Shown here: in pieces, positions 25,621 to 39,254 of the stretch
How positions within the stretch are numbered: position 1 is the stretch's first letter
Layout of the letters: each line of letters opens with the position of its first letter
Source of the DNA: Octopus sinensis
Lineage: Eukaryota
Direction: 5' to 3'
NCBI RefSeq assembly: GCF_006345805.1
Contig: NC_043015.1
Coordinates: forward strand, 39,122,001-39,186,000
DNA length: 64,000 bases
Notes under the pieces: model-generated
The model's database searches: none
The model's input: only the letters and a program-made list of their open reading frames with translations
Told to the model about the DNA's origin: nothing
Made by a program: the position numbers and the translations under genes

Positions 25621-26353
25621 GTGTCTGTGTGTGTGTGTGTGGAGAGAGAGAGAGAGGGTGAGAGAGAGAATTGGACGCCTTATAGAATCCTGCATAACCA
25701 AGAGTAGATGACTTCAAATTTATGATATTTCTTTTTCCTGAAATTCTTTGAGACGTCTTCGTCTTTGATTTAGTTGAGAATTTGGAATGTTTTCATCCGT
25801 TCCTCATTTCAGTTCCAGGTGGGCAAATGCCATTTGACAGGGAATGAAACAATTGGATTTTCGTTCTAAGGACGTTTCTGCATTTTCAATATCAATTATT
25901 AATGGGTTGCTGTAATAATATTCAGCTTATGTACGTTCGGATGTTACGCGATTAAGTAGTTAGATAGAGAGAGAGAGAGGGGGGGGAAGAAAGTAAAGGG
26001 TGTTTATCATAGGGGACATGGTAGCGGTGAGAGGTAGAGAGGGAATGCTATTTTCATACGTACTCACGTGATATAGTGAAGACTGTAGCATCTGTTAGTG
26101 GTGGTGGTGGTGGTGGTGGTTGTGGTAGTGGTTAATGGTGGAGACGCTTGTGGTTGTGGTTGTGGTGAAGCGGAAATGGCTAAAAGTGTATTGAATTATT
26201 TTCTTATGATTCAGTAACCCACTTAACGCATGCGCTTTTGCGAGATTGTCGTCTGCTAAACTGAAACCGTCAATTTGTTTATCATTTAAGTAAAAGAAGT
26301 GTATACATTATATATACATACATACACACATGGGTACTTACATATATACACGT

Positions 26354-26395
<42 letters not shown>

Positions 26396-26644
26396 TAATA
26401 TATATATATATATATAAGATACTAAAGTGTACGTACGCCGCTATATATATAGACGATACAAAGAAGACATGGACACGAGTATAACTAGCCGAAATAGCAA
26501 AGATAATCTGGAACTCGACTGAGGAAAGAAAACTCCGAACGACCCGTCCTTGTTTTCTTTGTATCGTCTATCTGGTTGTTTTTTTTTTGTCCCTTTTTTG
26601 TATCACCTAACTGTGTGGATGTTTTGCGTTCTTGTCCCATTTTG

Positions 26645-26685
<41 letters not shown>

Positions 26686-26937
26686 CATATGTGTGTATAC
26701 ACATACATATGTATATATATATATACACATACATATGTGTGTATACATATGTGTGTGAGTGTGTGTATACATACATACATATACATACCTACACACATAT
26801 GTATAAGGCCACAATTTACTCTTTACTTATACGTAGCATCATTAAGAACTTGTCGCTAAATTGACCAAATTAAAAACTGTTAACATTTTTGAAGAGGATT
26901 GTTCCCTAGCTACACTTTGGCAGAAAAACATGGATTA

Positions 26938-27785
26938 CATTGAAAAATGCGAGTAAGAGAAATAATATTCTTAAGATTATAAACCTGGAAAAATACAGGA
27001 CAAGTTACTACATCTGCTAAAGTACAGAATAAGAACATTTTTTTATTTTAAATGTTGCAGCTAAGGATATAATTAATTATTTGATTTTAATTTACAAAGT
27101 AACGTTATAATTAAAAAGGTACCATCATTTTGTTAAAATATTGACACACTACAATACTTAGGAAAATGAGAGCCAGAAGTACCAATTATAGCTAAAGTTT
27201 TATGCAAAGTAGAATAGTATATATGGTAGGCAAATTCTTTACGTTAAAAATTGGTATTGGGTCAAGACTAAAAATGTGAAGACTTGGCAATAATTTAGGC
27301 AATAACTCAAGCAAATTTTACTGTGAATTTGTTGTTGTAGGTAGAGTTTACTATAATATTTAACTAACATTTGTACTATTCTATTTGTTGTACTAATTAT
27401 GTACTACTATTATTTTTTATAACCTATTTTCAAATTTTCAATTATTAATGAATAATTAAAAAAATGAATTTTTTCAAGTGCAAAAGATATTTTAATTGAG
27501 TTATTTTTTAAATTTTTAATGGAAGTAACAAGTAATAACAAATAGAATTGATAACTTGTTATAAAATTTTTAACTTTAATTAAAGCTAATATTTTATAAA
27601 TTTAAATATTTTATTTGAAATTTTTATCCTTAGCTGCAATATTTTAAGTAAAAAATGTTCTTGTTCTGTACTTTATCAGATGTAAAAAGTTGTTCTGATC
27701 TCTTCCAAGTGTAATAACTTGTCCTGTACTTTTCCAGGTTTATAATCTTAAGAATATTATTTCTCTTGCTCTCATTTTCTCCGTG
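26938..27785. mobile_element. Fold-back/MITE with long TIRs (CAC..GTG ends, TA flanks; CMC/EnSpm-like)
   Basis: About 26938-27070 is the reverse complement of about 27618-27785 (e.g. AAGAGAAATAATATTCTTAAGATTATAAACCTGGAAAA); AT-rich non-coding interior. Confidence 0.7.
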
Positions 27786-27959
27786 TAATAAAATATGGAG
27801 AACGATAGACGACAAGAACTAAGGAGAAGGCACAAGGAACATTCTAGACGAGAACAGAAAGTGTTGGCGATGGAATTGTATTATGTGATGGTGTTGGGAA
27901 TGGAGGAGATAGCAGTGTGTTAAGTTTGGTCTATGTGGTCGGCGGTAAGGGTGTATATA

Positions 27960-28195
27960 AAGGCGGTGAGCTGGCAGAGTGGTTAGCACCCCGGGCGAAA
28001 TGCCTAGCGGTATTTCGTCTGCCACTACGTTCTGAGTTCAAATACCGCCGAGGTCGACGTTGCCTTTCATCCTTTCGGGGTCAATAAATTAAGTACCAGT
28101 TACGCACTGGGGTCGATGTAATCGACTTAATACCTATGTCTGTCCTTGTTTGTCCCCTCTGCGTTTAGCCCCTTGTGGGTTGTAAAGAAATAGGT
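27960..28195 (+). mobile_element. tRNA-derived SINE, family A
   Basis: AAGGCGGTGAGCTGGCAGAGTGGTTAGCA (A box)..GAGTTCAAAT (B box)..TTAAGTACCAGTTACGCACTGGGGTCGATG; at least six copies in the window. Confidence 0.85.
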
Positions 28196-29494
28196 AAGGG
28201 TGTATATATGTGTGTGTGTGTATTCGATTATTATAATCCGCGATAATACTATGAAATGGTTATTGTTACCAAAACTAATGACTTCTAAGTATTGAAACTG
28301 TTCCCTGAGATAGTCCTCCATATTGCCTTTCGTCGTCACGTGATATTTCATTAATTAGTTTTAATTCTATTTTGTTATTAATTACCAACATACACTCACA
28401 ATCTTCAGCCTCTCACCCACTATCGCACTGTATCACCTTACTCTGCCTCTTCTACGACTACCGCTGTATCTTCTACTCCTCAGAACGAGCTCATTTCATG
28501 TCATTTCCACCCAGGCCCACCCTGCCAGAACTGGGATTAATCACCACCAACCCGACCACCATAACTATTCCTTCTCCACAACTGCAATCATCAACTTACA
28601 ACTGCCCCAATTTGCGCCATGGGGCGGGAGCTGAATGGAAGGTAGATAGGTTTGTCCACAAAAGATTGGGGAATGGCATAAACGGAAGACAGGAAGATGA
28701 CGGCTAAGCAGCATCATTTCCGTCCAAAGTTACCATTTTTCATCATGACTATACCTTCTGAAGGTGTGGCGATGTGTGATGTGGAGGTGTTTATGTTAAG
28801 TGTGTATGTGTGGTGGAATTGAGAGGGGCTTCTAAATTTACTCACATCATTAACGCACATCATTAGTTTGATAATTACTGGTATATTGAGTGGATATTTT
28901 TTCATGAGGAAATATCGATTGGGTATGGTATGGTCTGTTATAGCATCCAGCGTTGCGGTATGTATATTAGGATAATCTACGTTATAACAAGCTGTAATCT
29001 GGTATCCAAGACGATGCTATTAAATGATGGAGTGTCCAGGGAAGAATAAATAGTTCCACGGACAGACAGACAAATATATTGCTGAAGTCCGTGTTACATA
29101 AAAGAACGGAAAGTTTCCTCTTTTGCAAGGCTGAAGTTATAAACCGGCAAATGAGAATACATTAGACATAATTAAGACACATAACATATAACTGTGGATT
29201 TGTGCAATGATCCGTGACAACACTGTTCCTGTGATTGCTCTCAACCATTAATTCCAAACGATCTGAAAGAAAGCAGGAATGTTACTTTGAAGAATTACTC
29301 ATTTCCAAGTCCGTTCCACAACTAGCAACGGCAAACGTTTTCAGTGTCAAAGAACTAAAATGTTCGAGCGTCGACAAAAAGTATTCAACGGCTGTAAATT
29401 GTTAGAAAATTTTAGCCAGAAAAAGAAACAAGAGAAGATCTAGAAAGAAATAACCGATCGATATTTTCTAAGCTAAACAATGTGAAATTATTTG

Positions 29495-29531
<37 letters not shown>

Positions 29532-29591
29532 ACGCATGGATCGTTAGCCCCTCAATGCAATTTTTTTCTCTCCTTGTTTCTTCTCTGTGTA

Positions 29592-29629
29592 TCTTTCTGT
29601 TGAAGAGCGTAGGCTCGAAACGTAAAAGA
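29592..29629 (+). ncRNA. Hammerhead-like minimal motif with non-canonical core
   Basis: TCTTT-CTGTTGA-A-GAGC-gtag-GCTC-GAAAC-GTA^AAAGA. Stems I and II are perfect and ACGT is palindromic, but the core reads CTGTTGA instead of CTGANGA. Confidence 0.45.
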
Positions 29630-30107
29630 CCTGTTTTATTTCTATTCCTGAGCGCCATACTAATACAATTGTTTGTTTGTACTCCACCTGCCTTCATTCT
29701 TTTGTTTATTTTCGTAAACCTGCCTTCGTGTTTTGTTTATTTTCGTAAACCTTCCCGTTATATATATATATATATAATATATATATATATAATATATATA
29801 TATATAAAATGTATGTGTATTTTTTTCAATGTGTACAAATAACATGGAAAAAATAAGTAAATAGTTACCAGGGTAGCAAAAATTCACGTAAGTACCAAGG
29901 ATGTTACACCCTACTTATAAAGGTAGAAATTCCAGGGTTTAGTTAAATGTATTTGCATAACATAGATAAATTAAGAACCTGCGTTTAACTCCTTTTCTTA
30001 ATTTGCCACAAAAATTTACTGGTCCAAATGTTGCTATTCGACGAATATCCAAATCTTTTAACAACGAAAAATATGCTGAACCGTTACTGACCATTGTTTA
30101 TGTTCTA

Positions 30108-30914
30108 CCGTATTTGCTGGCGTATAAATCTCATTCTCATTTTACGAGTACATTTTGTGAAAAATGTAAATTTATTACGTTTCATCATGCATCTATTGAA
30201 AGCTATTTTAAAGTAGTTTTGTAGAGAAAATGTTTGGTTCTGTGCATGTTAATACAATGCTGTGACAGTATGCAGAAATAAAGTATGAAAGCATAAATTT
30301 GTCATTAATAATCTGTTATGGGATTTCCATATTTCAGCTTTTATCTTTCAATTCAACTGTGAAGTTGTTTATATTTTGGTCTAGAGAATTGCTATACAAA
30401 ATATAAAACTCGTCTTTTCGGCCATTTTGTTTTGTGCAGCCGCCATTGGTCACTGGAGTGGTGCACCGCTGCTTTCGTTTTCCGTCATCCACTCATTGCA
30501 AACGGCTGATAGAAGGATGAATATTTAACGTTGCTTTCAACTTTCTAGGAGAATATTTTAAATTTTGATAATTAAAAATTCTTTCTTTACGGTTACAGTC
30601 ATTCAATAATTTAAAACATATCAGGTATGGGTTATGTATTCTGAGGAAGAAGACATAATGAGATGGTGTGATCTCCCCACATAAATACCAAAATATCGTA
30701 GTTTGTAGCAGCAAACTGCAATTTTTGGCTTGCTTTCAGTATTTTATTGTTGATGACAATTATTGTGCCAGACAGACCTATGCTCAACTATGATCTCCCA
30801 ACAATACGACACTGGATTTTCTTTTCTTATTCGTAATATGGCCGCATTAGACGCAGGGCAAATTATTGATACATTTTTTTTACAAAAACACGTCTTATAC
30901 GCCAGGAAATATAG
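30108..30914. mobile_element. Non-autonomous Tc1/mariner (Tc2-like) element
   Basis: TIRs CCGTATTTGCTGGCGTATAA and TTATACGCCAGGAAATATAG, each flanked by TA (30106-07, 30915-16). Confidence 0.7.
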
Positions 30915-32747
30915 TAATTCTAATAAGCTTTATTTGGTTCAACCTCTGGTATTGAATTACGGTTATTCTGGACCATCTCGGTTTTCATATAACTCAAACT
31001 ATTTTATAGTTATATTTACGAAACAAAAAAAGAGGAAAAAAGATTTCATACATCAGTTAAATAGAAGAAACCAAATATTAATATCGTGGTTTGATGTCTT
31101 TTCTTATTCAGTCTGAGATTTTCCATGATTTTTATCATATTTGTAAGTTTTGAGCAGATACACACCTACTGAGATCTAAAATCTCTAAAACTGTTCCAAC
31201 TTATTGCTGGCTGTATGTTTTAAATTTTTGGAGAAACTTCTGCGGCCCTCATGGCCAGTTCTTGTCTAACACATCTAGAAAAGAGTTGAGAGTTTTCTTG
31301 ACAATAGCATTAGTCTTCCTCGCAGTTAACTTTTCTCTCAGGAGGAAACTTATTCAGCACAAGTCAAAGAGAATCATTCGTCATTCTTCCAGTGCTGCTC
31401 TTGCCTTTCTGCTGAATTCTTCCACCCTGTCATACTACTTCCATATGCTACCCTTATTCCACCGCCGTATTTTACCACCCTTATCGCACTGATGTGCTAT
31501 TGCAACTTATAAATGATGGCTGCCACTCGCAAGAGAATCTGATCGGACAGCATCCACCGTTCTTTTGCTTGTTTTAGCATCTCATATAATGCTGAGTAAA
31601 TATAGAAGCCCCTCTCAATTCCACCCCACTTCCCGACCTAACTGAACATTCATGATATGTCTGCTAAAAGAAGAGTTTCATTATTCCGGGGTTCGTTATA
31701 GAAATACTAGTCTTATGTTGGTACTTCTATTTTCGACCCGAAGCAGTGAAATGCTAAGTTGATCTCGGTATGATTTGAACTCAGAGTGCAAAGGGCCAAA
31801 CCAAATATCCCATTTTATCTGACCCACCAACACTTTCGCCACATATTCTTACCAATGTCAGGGCGCATGGCCTTGTGATTAGGGTCTTGCACTCAGTAAC
31901 GCTTTCAATTCCTGGATCGAGTGGTTCGTTGTGTTCTTGAGCAAAACACAACGTCTTGCGTCGCTTTGTGATCTCTTCAACACCTAATCTGTGGTAAACC
32001 GTTCACCTGTCCAGGCAACGTCAATTGGATGGAGGGACAGGTGAGCTAATAGAGAGCATATACCTTTGATTATTAAAGGCAAATCATCTGAGCAGGTCGT
32101 TCACCAAGAAATGACAAAACCGTCTTTCTCGGACGACAAAAGACTACCATCACATTCTTAACAATCTATTAGGAACGGATCCCCGTCAGTTTTAACGATG
32201 ACCATTCAGTTATTCCACCAACTGAACTACTTAGAATGTAGATGGCTGAGTATTCCACGGACGTGTACAGTTTATGGTAATCATTAGAAACAATCAGCGA
32301 CACAGTGTACAACGAGGCTATCTCTTTAAGTTACAGGCTCAATCAATCCTCGGGATTCAATGCAGTTTCCATCAACACAAATTTACTTACAAGGCTTGGA
32401 TTGACCTCAGACAATGGTAACCAATCTTTGACTGAAATGTCACTCGCTGGGATCGAACCCAAACTTTCGTAATTGCCAATGAACTTGACAACCATTCGGT
32501 CATGCTACACCACCCTATTGAGCTCAACTGGTTATGGTCAAACAACTGACAAGCAAATCTGTGGTATTGAGCAGAATATTTGCTGTAGCCCATCTTTTAT
32601 ACCAAGACAAAACAATGTACGTGATAACACTTCCAAACAGTTAAGATCAGAAGCCATGAGAGCAACTGCCTGGTATTGCATCAGGACATGTATGTATGTA
32701 TGTATGTATGTATGTATGTATGTATGTATGTATGTATGTATGTATGC

Positions 32748-32778
<31 letters not shown>

Positions 32779-33401
32779 TGTATGTATGTATGTATGTATG
32801 TATGACAGATAGACAGATGTGCATGTCTGTCTGTCTGCCCGTAAATATATAAACATACATACACACAACAAAGGTGAGGGCGCATGGTCCTTTGGTTAGG
32901 GTGTTGCATTCACGATTGCGAGATTATGGCTTCAGTTCCTAGACCCGGTGTGTTCTTCAACAAAACACTTCGTCTCACGTTATTCTGAGATCACTTCGCC
33001 ACCTGACATGTGGTATACTGTGAACCTGGCCAAGCGTTGTCGATTTGATAGAGGAAGTGACCTAATGCACGGCAAATACGTTTGCAGCACGTACATATAA
33101 ACAAACCATTTGTTTTCGTGTGAATATTTCTAAATGAAACAGAGACAGCTGACGGAATTCTTAAAACTTCCCGGAGAAGATAGCAGGAAACCTTGATAGT
33201 CATCTGGAGGGCATTTATCCTCAGCCGTCTGAATTGTTGCTCCCAATTATGGTCATCACATCGAGGCAATCATCTTCGTATAGCATCATTGGACTGTTTC
33301 AGGATCTGTCATTAATTGTACACTCTATGTTGACCACAATTAGGAGCAATAATCAAAACACTTGAGGACCAATAATCTCTGGAGGGCCATCATGGTTTCT
33401 T

Positions 33402-33632
33402 ATTTCATCACTACCCACAAGGGGCTAAACATAGAGGGGACAAACAAGGAGAGACAAAGGGATTAAGTTGATTAAATCAACCCCAGTGCGTAACTGGTAC
33501 TTAATTTATCGACCCCGATAGGGTGAAAGGCAAAGTTGACCTCGGCGGAATTTGAACTCAGAACGTAACAGCAGACGAAATACCGCGAAGCATTTCGCCC
33601 GGCGCGCTAACGTTTCTGCCAGCTCGCCGCCT
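33402..33632 (-). mobile_element. tRNA-derived SINE, family A, with 16-bp target-site duplication
   Basis: Full-length reverse copy flanked by GCCATCATGGTTTCTT at 33386-33401 and 33643-33658. Confidence 0.9.
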
Positions 33633-33872
33633 TTATGGTTTCGCCATCATGGTTTCTTGTTCTCTTCTGAGAGTTCTTAGGATCGTTCCAGCCACTGTCT
33701 GCATTTTATTTAGAAATATGCAAATAGAAACACGCATCGTTAGTCATGTTAATGCGTTGGTTGTGTGCTGATTGTGACTCTGGGACTGAAATCCACCCTG
33801 ATCAAGTTTATTTTGTATGAATTTCATTTAACTTTGAGCGCTGATAGCGGTTTTCTTGGAAAATTTCAACAA

Positions 33873-34275
33873 TAGGCGCAGGAGTGGCTGTGTGGTAAGT
33901 AGCTTGCTTACCAACCACATGATTCCGGGTTCAGTCCCACTGTGTGGCACCTTGGGCAAGTGTCTTCTACTATAGCCTCGGGCCGACCAAAGCCTTGTGA
34001 GTGGATTTGGTAGCGGAAACTGAAAGAAGCCTGTCGTATATATGTATTTATATGCGTGTGTGTGTTTGTGTGTCTGTGTTTGTCCCTCTAGCATTGCTTG
34101 ACAACCGATGCTGATGTGTTGATGTCCCCGTTACCTAGCGGTTCGGCAAAATAGACCGATAGAATAAGTACTGGGCTTACAAAAGAATAAGTCTCGGGGT
34201 CGATTTGCTCGATTAAAGGCGGTGCTCCAGCATGGCCACAGTCAAATGACTGAAACAAGTAAAAGAGTAAAGAGT
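33873..34275 (+). mobile_element. tRNA-derived SINE, family B, full length
   Basis: AGGCGCAGGAGTGGCTGTGTGGTAAG..GGGTTCAGTCCC..GAAACTGAAAGAAGCCTGTCG, internal (TG)n, 3' end ..CAAATGACTGAAACAAGTAAAAGAG; about nine fragments in the window. Confidence 0.85.
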
Positions 34276-34309
34276 AATAAATTGCATATTTCCTTCTGCC
34301 CGCTTATAC

Positions 34310-34745
34310 AAAGCATTTAAGTAAGGTTGCTGGTGTGTTGCATCTCTTGATGTCTTTATCATCTGTGACACTTTTTAGTATCACTGCATAACTAGTAAAG
34401 ATTGCTGTCTGAATAGCGGAGAGCATATCTGAAGGAGCTACGCTGAACAACAGTGATCCCTAGACTGTGTGTGACTCTAGTCACTATTATTGTTCCCTGG
34501 GAGACAGGGCACTTCGCCACTACTTCCTGGTTTCTTTCCTTTAAAATGTCATGCAGTCTGTTTTCCGATCATGCAGTTTGTTACATATCGTTCCATGAAC
34601 CCTTTTCCCGAAGGCTTTCGCAAAATTGAGATATATCACATCCACCTATGAGTGGTTGAGCAAATGTTTTAACGACCAGACGTAGTCTTGCAGGAACTGT
34701 GTCAGACAGTTTCTTCCTGGTCGAAAACCACGTTGGATATATTAC
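34310..34745 (-). mobile_element. CR1/L2-like LINE reverse transcriptase relic
   Basis: The - strand translates to RGFRPGRNCLTQFL..VDVIYLNFAKAF.., matching QHGFRPGRSCLTQL..VDVIYLDFAKAFD; disrupted by stops. Confidence 0.7.
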
Positions 34746-34905
34746 TTAGCAAGTAATTTACTTCAAAGAACATTATTAGTTTCCTTCTGGTGATTCGTTC
34801 CATGACTTTGCTGATATGCGAACCCAGAAAGGTAGGACTAATATTTTGCATCATCTCTGTGTCTATGTGTGTGTGTATGTGTGTGTGTGTGTGTGTGTGT
34901 GTATA

Positions 34906-35520
34906 CAGTATACCTCAACCTTCGTCGTTAATTGGTTTCTGGAGATACGACTTAAGTCGAATTAACTTGTCTCTAGGCTAGACTGAATTTACTTGCCACA
35001 CGTTCTATTGAGACCTTATAGCCTGCAATAGTTTTCTCCTTGGAAATGAACGAACGGTCTGGCAATCTTTTCCAAATACAACCCAGTTTTGTCTACGCTA
35101 AAAATCTGTTAGCGAAGAAACCCGTTTTCTTCGATGATTTTCTTTAATGCATCAGGAAATTCCGCTGCTACATGTTCGTCAGCTGATGCACTTTCACCTT
35201 GCTTCTGAATGGAGTGATAACTTCTTCACTCCTTACATCTCATGAACCATCCTTGACTTGCCTTAAACTCTACATCTTTCTCATCTGGGTATCTTTTTCT
35301 TCAGGTCCTCAAACAAAGACAACGCTTTCTCTTGAATGATTTCTTGACCAATAGTAGCACACTGACGATTCAACCTAAAAATCCAAAGAGAAAAAAGACT
35401 TACCATTTCTTCAAAGATTTTGCCTATTTTCTTATTGATGACATTGTTCTTCATCTCTGGGGTTTCATATTGTCTATATTATGTACAGTCGTCCATACAG
35501 GTGTCCGACTCATCCCAAAA
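34906..35520 (-). mobile_element. pogo/Tigger transposase relic
   Basis: The - strand gives FKASQGWF..QGESASADEHVAAEFPDALKKIIEENG..QIFSVDKTGL (Tigger FKASxGWF, GEAASAD, VFNxDETGL); TA-CAGTATACCTC terminus at 34904-34916. Confidence 0.7.
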
Positions 35521-36099
35521 GATCGTGCAATTGCTACCACTGTAGATGCATATTGAACTACATATATATATACATAAGTATATGTACATATATATACGTA
35601 CATATGCATACAGTTGCACATATGTACACACACATATTTATATAAAACTGACATTTTATTTCCAACATGGTTGCATCTGCAAAATATTGCATCAACAACA
35701 TATCTGGAAATTTCAGGTTTCTTCTCTGATAAGAGAAGTGGAGTGTATATATTTGTATAGTGTATACTATATTTTGTGTAATATGATGCTCTTTACAGAC
35801 TCCGATAGTGATTCCGTTAAATTTATTGTTGTGAATCATAGAAACCACGCAAGATATGTGTAGACATAACTAATCGCATCAGACGTCATTAGTGGAGACA
35901 AAGAATTTAACTTCCGGCGGAAGAGCCAATGATACGGTGTCAGTTTTCTGTTGAAGTTATTTCAATGCCTACTATGATACATCAATGCTCCGCAACCTTT
36001 TTTCACTTGCGATACATTTATCATCTTGATATCACCTTGACTGACCAATCCGTCGGGCGTCCATTTGACACCGCTGGTCACAGCACGCTGTCCACTCCT

Positions 36100-36350
36100 C
36101 ACTGGATCGCGCCTTTCTCATCTACGTGATCTCAGAGAGAAGTCTGGCGTGAGGGATGTCATCGTAGAATATACACGCAGCAAGTTTAGATGGGTTGGAC
36201 ACGTCGCCCGGCTCACCGATCATCGGTGGAACCCGCGCAGTTGTCGAGTGGTACCCGTGCGAGCGGAAATGACCACTCGGAAGGCCTCCACGACGGCGGC
36301 GTTACGATTTCAGAAGGGCGACTGCGATACACTTATATTCTTTTCAAAAT
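36100..36350 (+). mobile_element. RTE LINE fragment (post-RT region)
   Basis: LREKSGVRDVIVEYTRSKFRWVGHVARLTDHRW matches the RTE-type ..DVIE..K.RWAGHVAR.TD.RW motif. Confidence 0.7.
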
Positions 36351-37631
36351 TCGGCGGCACAGCCTGAACTAAAAACATAACTAAAAGTATAGGTGAAACA
36401 ATTATATTCAGGTTACACAGCGGCACACCTAGCATCGTCTCGTGGTACACCAGTGTGCCACGGCAAATCGACTGCGGAGCGCTGTACAACATTACCATTG
36501 TTGTCGAACGTTACAACGTTACATAAAGCGAAGTTTTCTACCTGAACAGACGAGATCTAATTACCGTTTCAGTTATTCTAATTATGTACAAATGAATTAA
36601 TTCTTTCATCACTTAATCTTAATTATATGATAAATACTTCCAAGAGTTCCATAAAGCCGTTACCTACTCATTAATTAAACTCATAAATTGGAATTCAAAA
36701 TCTTCATCCATTAAATCATTTTTACTCTACATTAATCTTAAACTCTAATTCTTAGAAGAAGCAGAAGAAAATTACAGCTTTTGGATTCGTTTTTGCATTC
36801 GATCACTCGCAGTTCTGTTTCTCCAGATATTCCATTATCCTCTTTTTGCTGCCCTAAATAGCTGTTGTGTCGTTTCTGACCAACTGGAACAAATTATTAG
36901 CTTCTGTTTATAAAAGCTGCTATAATAGTGTCACTTTCCACAGCTTAACCCTGGCCCACATCCATCAGTCAGACGCCATCTTCTTCACTCAGCCATTTGG
37001 CTTAAAACGTAGATGATTATTCATCCGATATTTTAACACAGAACTAATATTTGTTCTAATTTCGCCCAGATCGATGCTCACTTAACATGGAAGCGATCTC
37101 TTTCTTTGATATTTTTCACACATTTCCCTCCCTCCTCCACCATGGAGTGTTTTATTTCTATATCTTTTTATTTATTTTTTTTATACCGATGAAAAGAAGA
37201 ATTAACGGATTATCTTAATGTTATTATATCCGAGTCAAGAAACCATAACAATGGTCCTAAGTCGCGTATTCTTTGATATTTGATCAATAATCTGGTAATG
37301 TTTTCTCGCCATTTCTCTAGAGAACCGCTGTAAAGGTGGTGTCTGCGTTATATGACGGATTCTCAGTGAGAAAGAATGGTTACACTCTACCGTTCGCAAT
37401 TCTAGGAATGGTTAACAATGGATAGAAAAACATGTAAACACAATGAGAAAATACAGGAACACGGAACACTCGTGAAATAACGTGAAATTATTTATCTTTC
37501 AACTCGGAATTATAGAGAATAATTTATACAAGAGTAGTTGAGCTCATCTTTTATTCTTTTCCTCTTTTCTTCCTGCTCTCCTCCAGCTCCATCAGTTATA
37601 TATATATATATATAAACATACATATACATTC

Positions 37632-37677
<46 letters not shown>

Positions 37678-37716
37678 TATATATTTATATGTATATGTAT
37701 ATATATATATGTATAT

Positions 37717-37818
<102 letters not shown>

Positions 37819-38653
37819 ATATTATATATATATATTGTATATATTTGTATATACGTATGTATACATTGGTGTCAGAACATCGGTGAAGTTCTGTGATGAA
37901 CAAAAACGGAAACACAAACGTCCATTTCTTTTTTGCTTTTTGTTTTTTTTGTTTGTTTTATTTACACAGTTATCGTTCTGACATCGACCTTTCACCGTTT
38001 CACTCTTCCAGTTGAAGTGAGATGCAGAAACCAACTCTTAAGGAAGACCAATGCATTGTTTTTTGCTTTTGTCAACATCTAACGCACCCGTCTCTTGCAC
38101 ATCCTTCCATTACACACACACACACACACACATACACGCACACACACACGCCTTGTACGCACATACGCACACGTATATATATGCAAATATATAGATGTAT
38201 TTCTTACTCCCTTTTTTCTCTCATCCTTCTTTACTCAGTGGCTCCTAACTCTCACAGACTCAAATGAGCACGTAATTATACATATATATATATTTCGTTT
38301 TTAGATTATATATATATAATATATATATATATATATAATATTATATATATATATATTATATATATTATATATATATAATATATATATATATATAATATAT
38401 ATATATATATATTTCGTTTTTAGATTATATATATAGTATATATATATATGTATATATATACACACACGCACTAATATATTGACTCGTTAGTGTTGGTGTT
38501 GTGGTTGTTGTTGTTGTTGTTGTTGGTGGTGGTGTGTACAATAAAAGTTGTTGTCGCTGCTGTCTGAGTGAGAGAAGTGAGGTCGTTTGCATTGTTCAAG
38601 TTACGAATTCTCAGCAAAAAAGCTCCAGGTGAGCCGGAATGAGTTGTCTGCCC

Positions 38654-38659
38654 TTTATT
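38654..38659 (-). promoter_or_regulatory. Possible Shox polyadenylation signal
   Basis: AATAAA on - about 215 nt downstream of the Shox stop; motif only, no transcript support. Confidence 0.25.
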
Positions 38660-38874
38660 GAGTGGAAACTGGCCGCCATGATGATAACTGGGTGTTTACA
38701 GAAGACAGGTTTAGGGTGAAAAAAAAAACAACAAACAAACAAACAGTGTTTATATAAAATGAAACGAAAACAATTTGGTGGTGGTGGTGGTAGTGGTGGT
38801 GGTGGTGGTGGTTGTGGTGGTGGTGGCGAAGGGAGAAGACAAAAACGAAATGAGAAAGTACAGTTATTGTCAGT

Positions 38875-39194
38875 TCATAGTCCTAACGTTGCTAAGTGTT
38901 TCTTGGCTTTCAACCTGAGATCGGCAATACTGGAACTTTTGTTTGTTTTGAAGCTGCTGTCTGGTATCATGGCGTAGTTGAGTGCAGTGTAATGGTGCGG
39001 GTAGAAGAAGATGGGATGAAGTGGGTGTTGAGAAGCAGCAGCGGCGGCCGCGGCAGCAGCGTGGTAGGGGTAGTAGGGGGGGAAAGGTGGCATGGCGAAC
39101 CTTTCCATTGGTTCTCGAATTGGGGGCATGTTGAAGAATGGTGCTACCCGACAGGTGTCTAGTGGAGTTCCTGGAGATTGCAAGAGTAATCCAG
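38875..39194 (-). CDS. Shox: Shox (short stature homeobox) terminal exon with poly-Ala tract and OAR domain (..GLLLQSPGTPLDTCRVAPFFNM..KSSSIADLRLKAKKHLATLGL*)
   Basis: TTTCAG acceptor at 39200-39195 on -, phase 1, TGA at 38877-38875. LDTCRVAPFFNM matches SHOX LDACRVAPYVNM, and the C-terminus matches SHOX2 SSIADLRLKAKKHAAALGL. Confidence 0.95.
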
Positions 39195-39254
39195 CTGAAA
39201 CAGACAGAAAAAAAAATATGTATCAGTCACGGAATAGTCATAAAAATTAAAAGA

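Noticed and set aside
31140-31420. Possible integrase-like (GHxGR) transposon relic on -
   Set aside because: Only a few residues resemble the motif, amid many stops; too weak to call.
37880-37925. Hammerhead-like TGATGA..GGAAAC..GTC
   Set aside because: C3 is missing and helices I and II do not pair convincingly.
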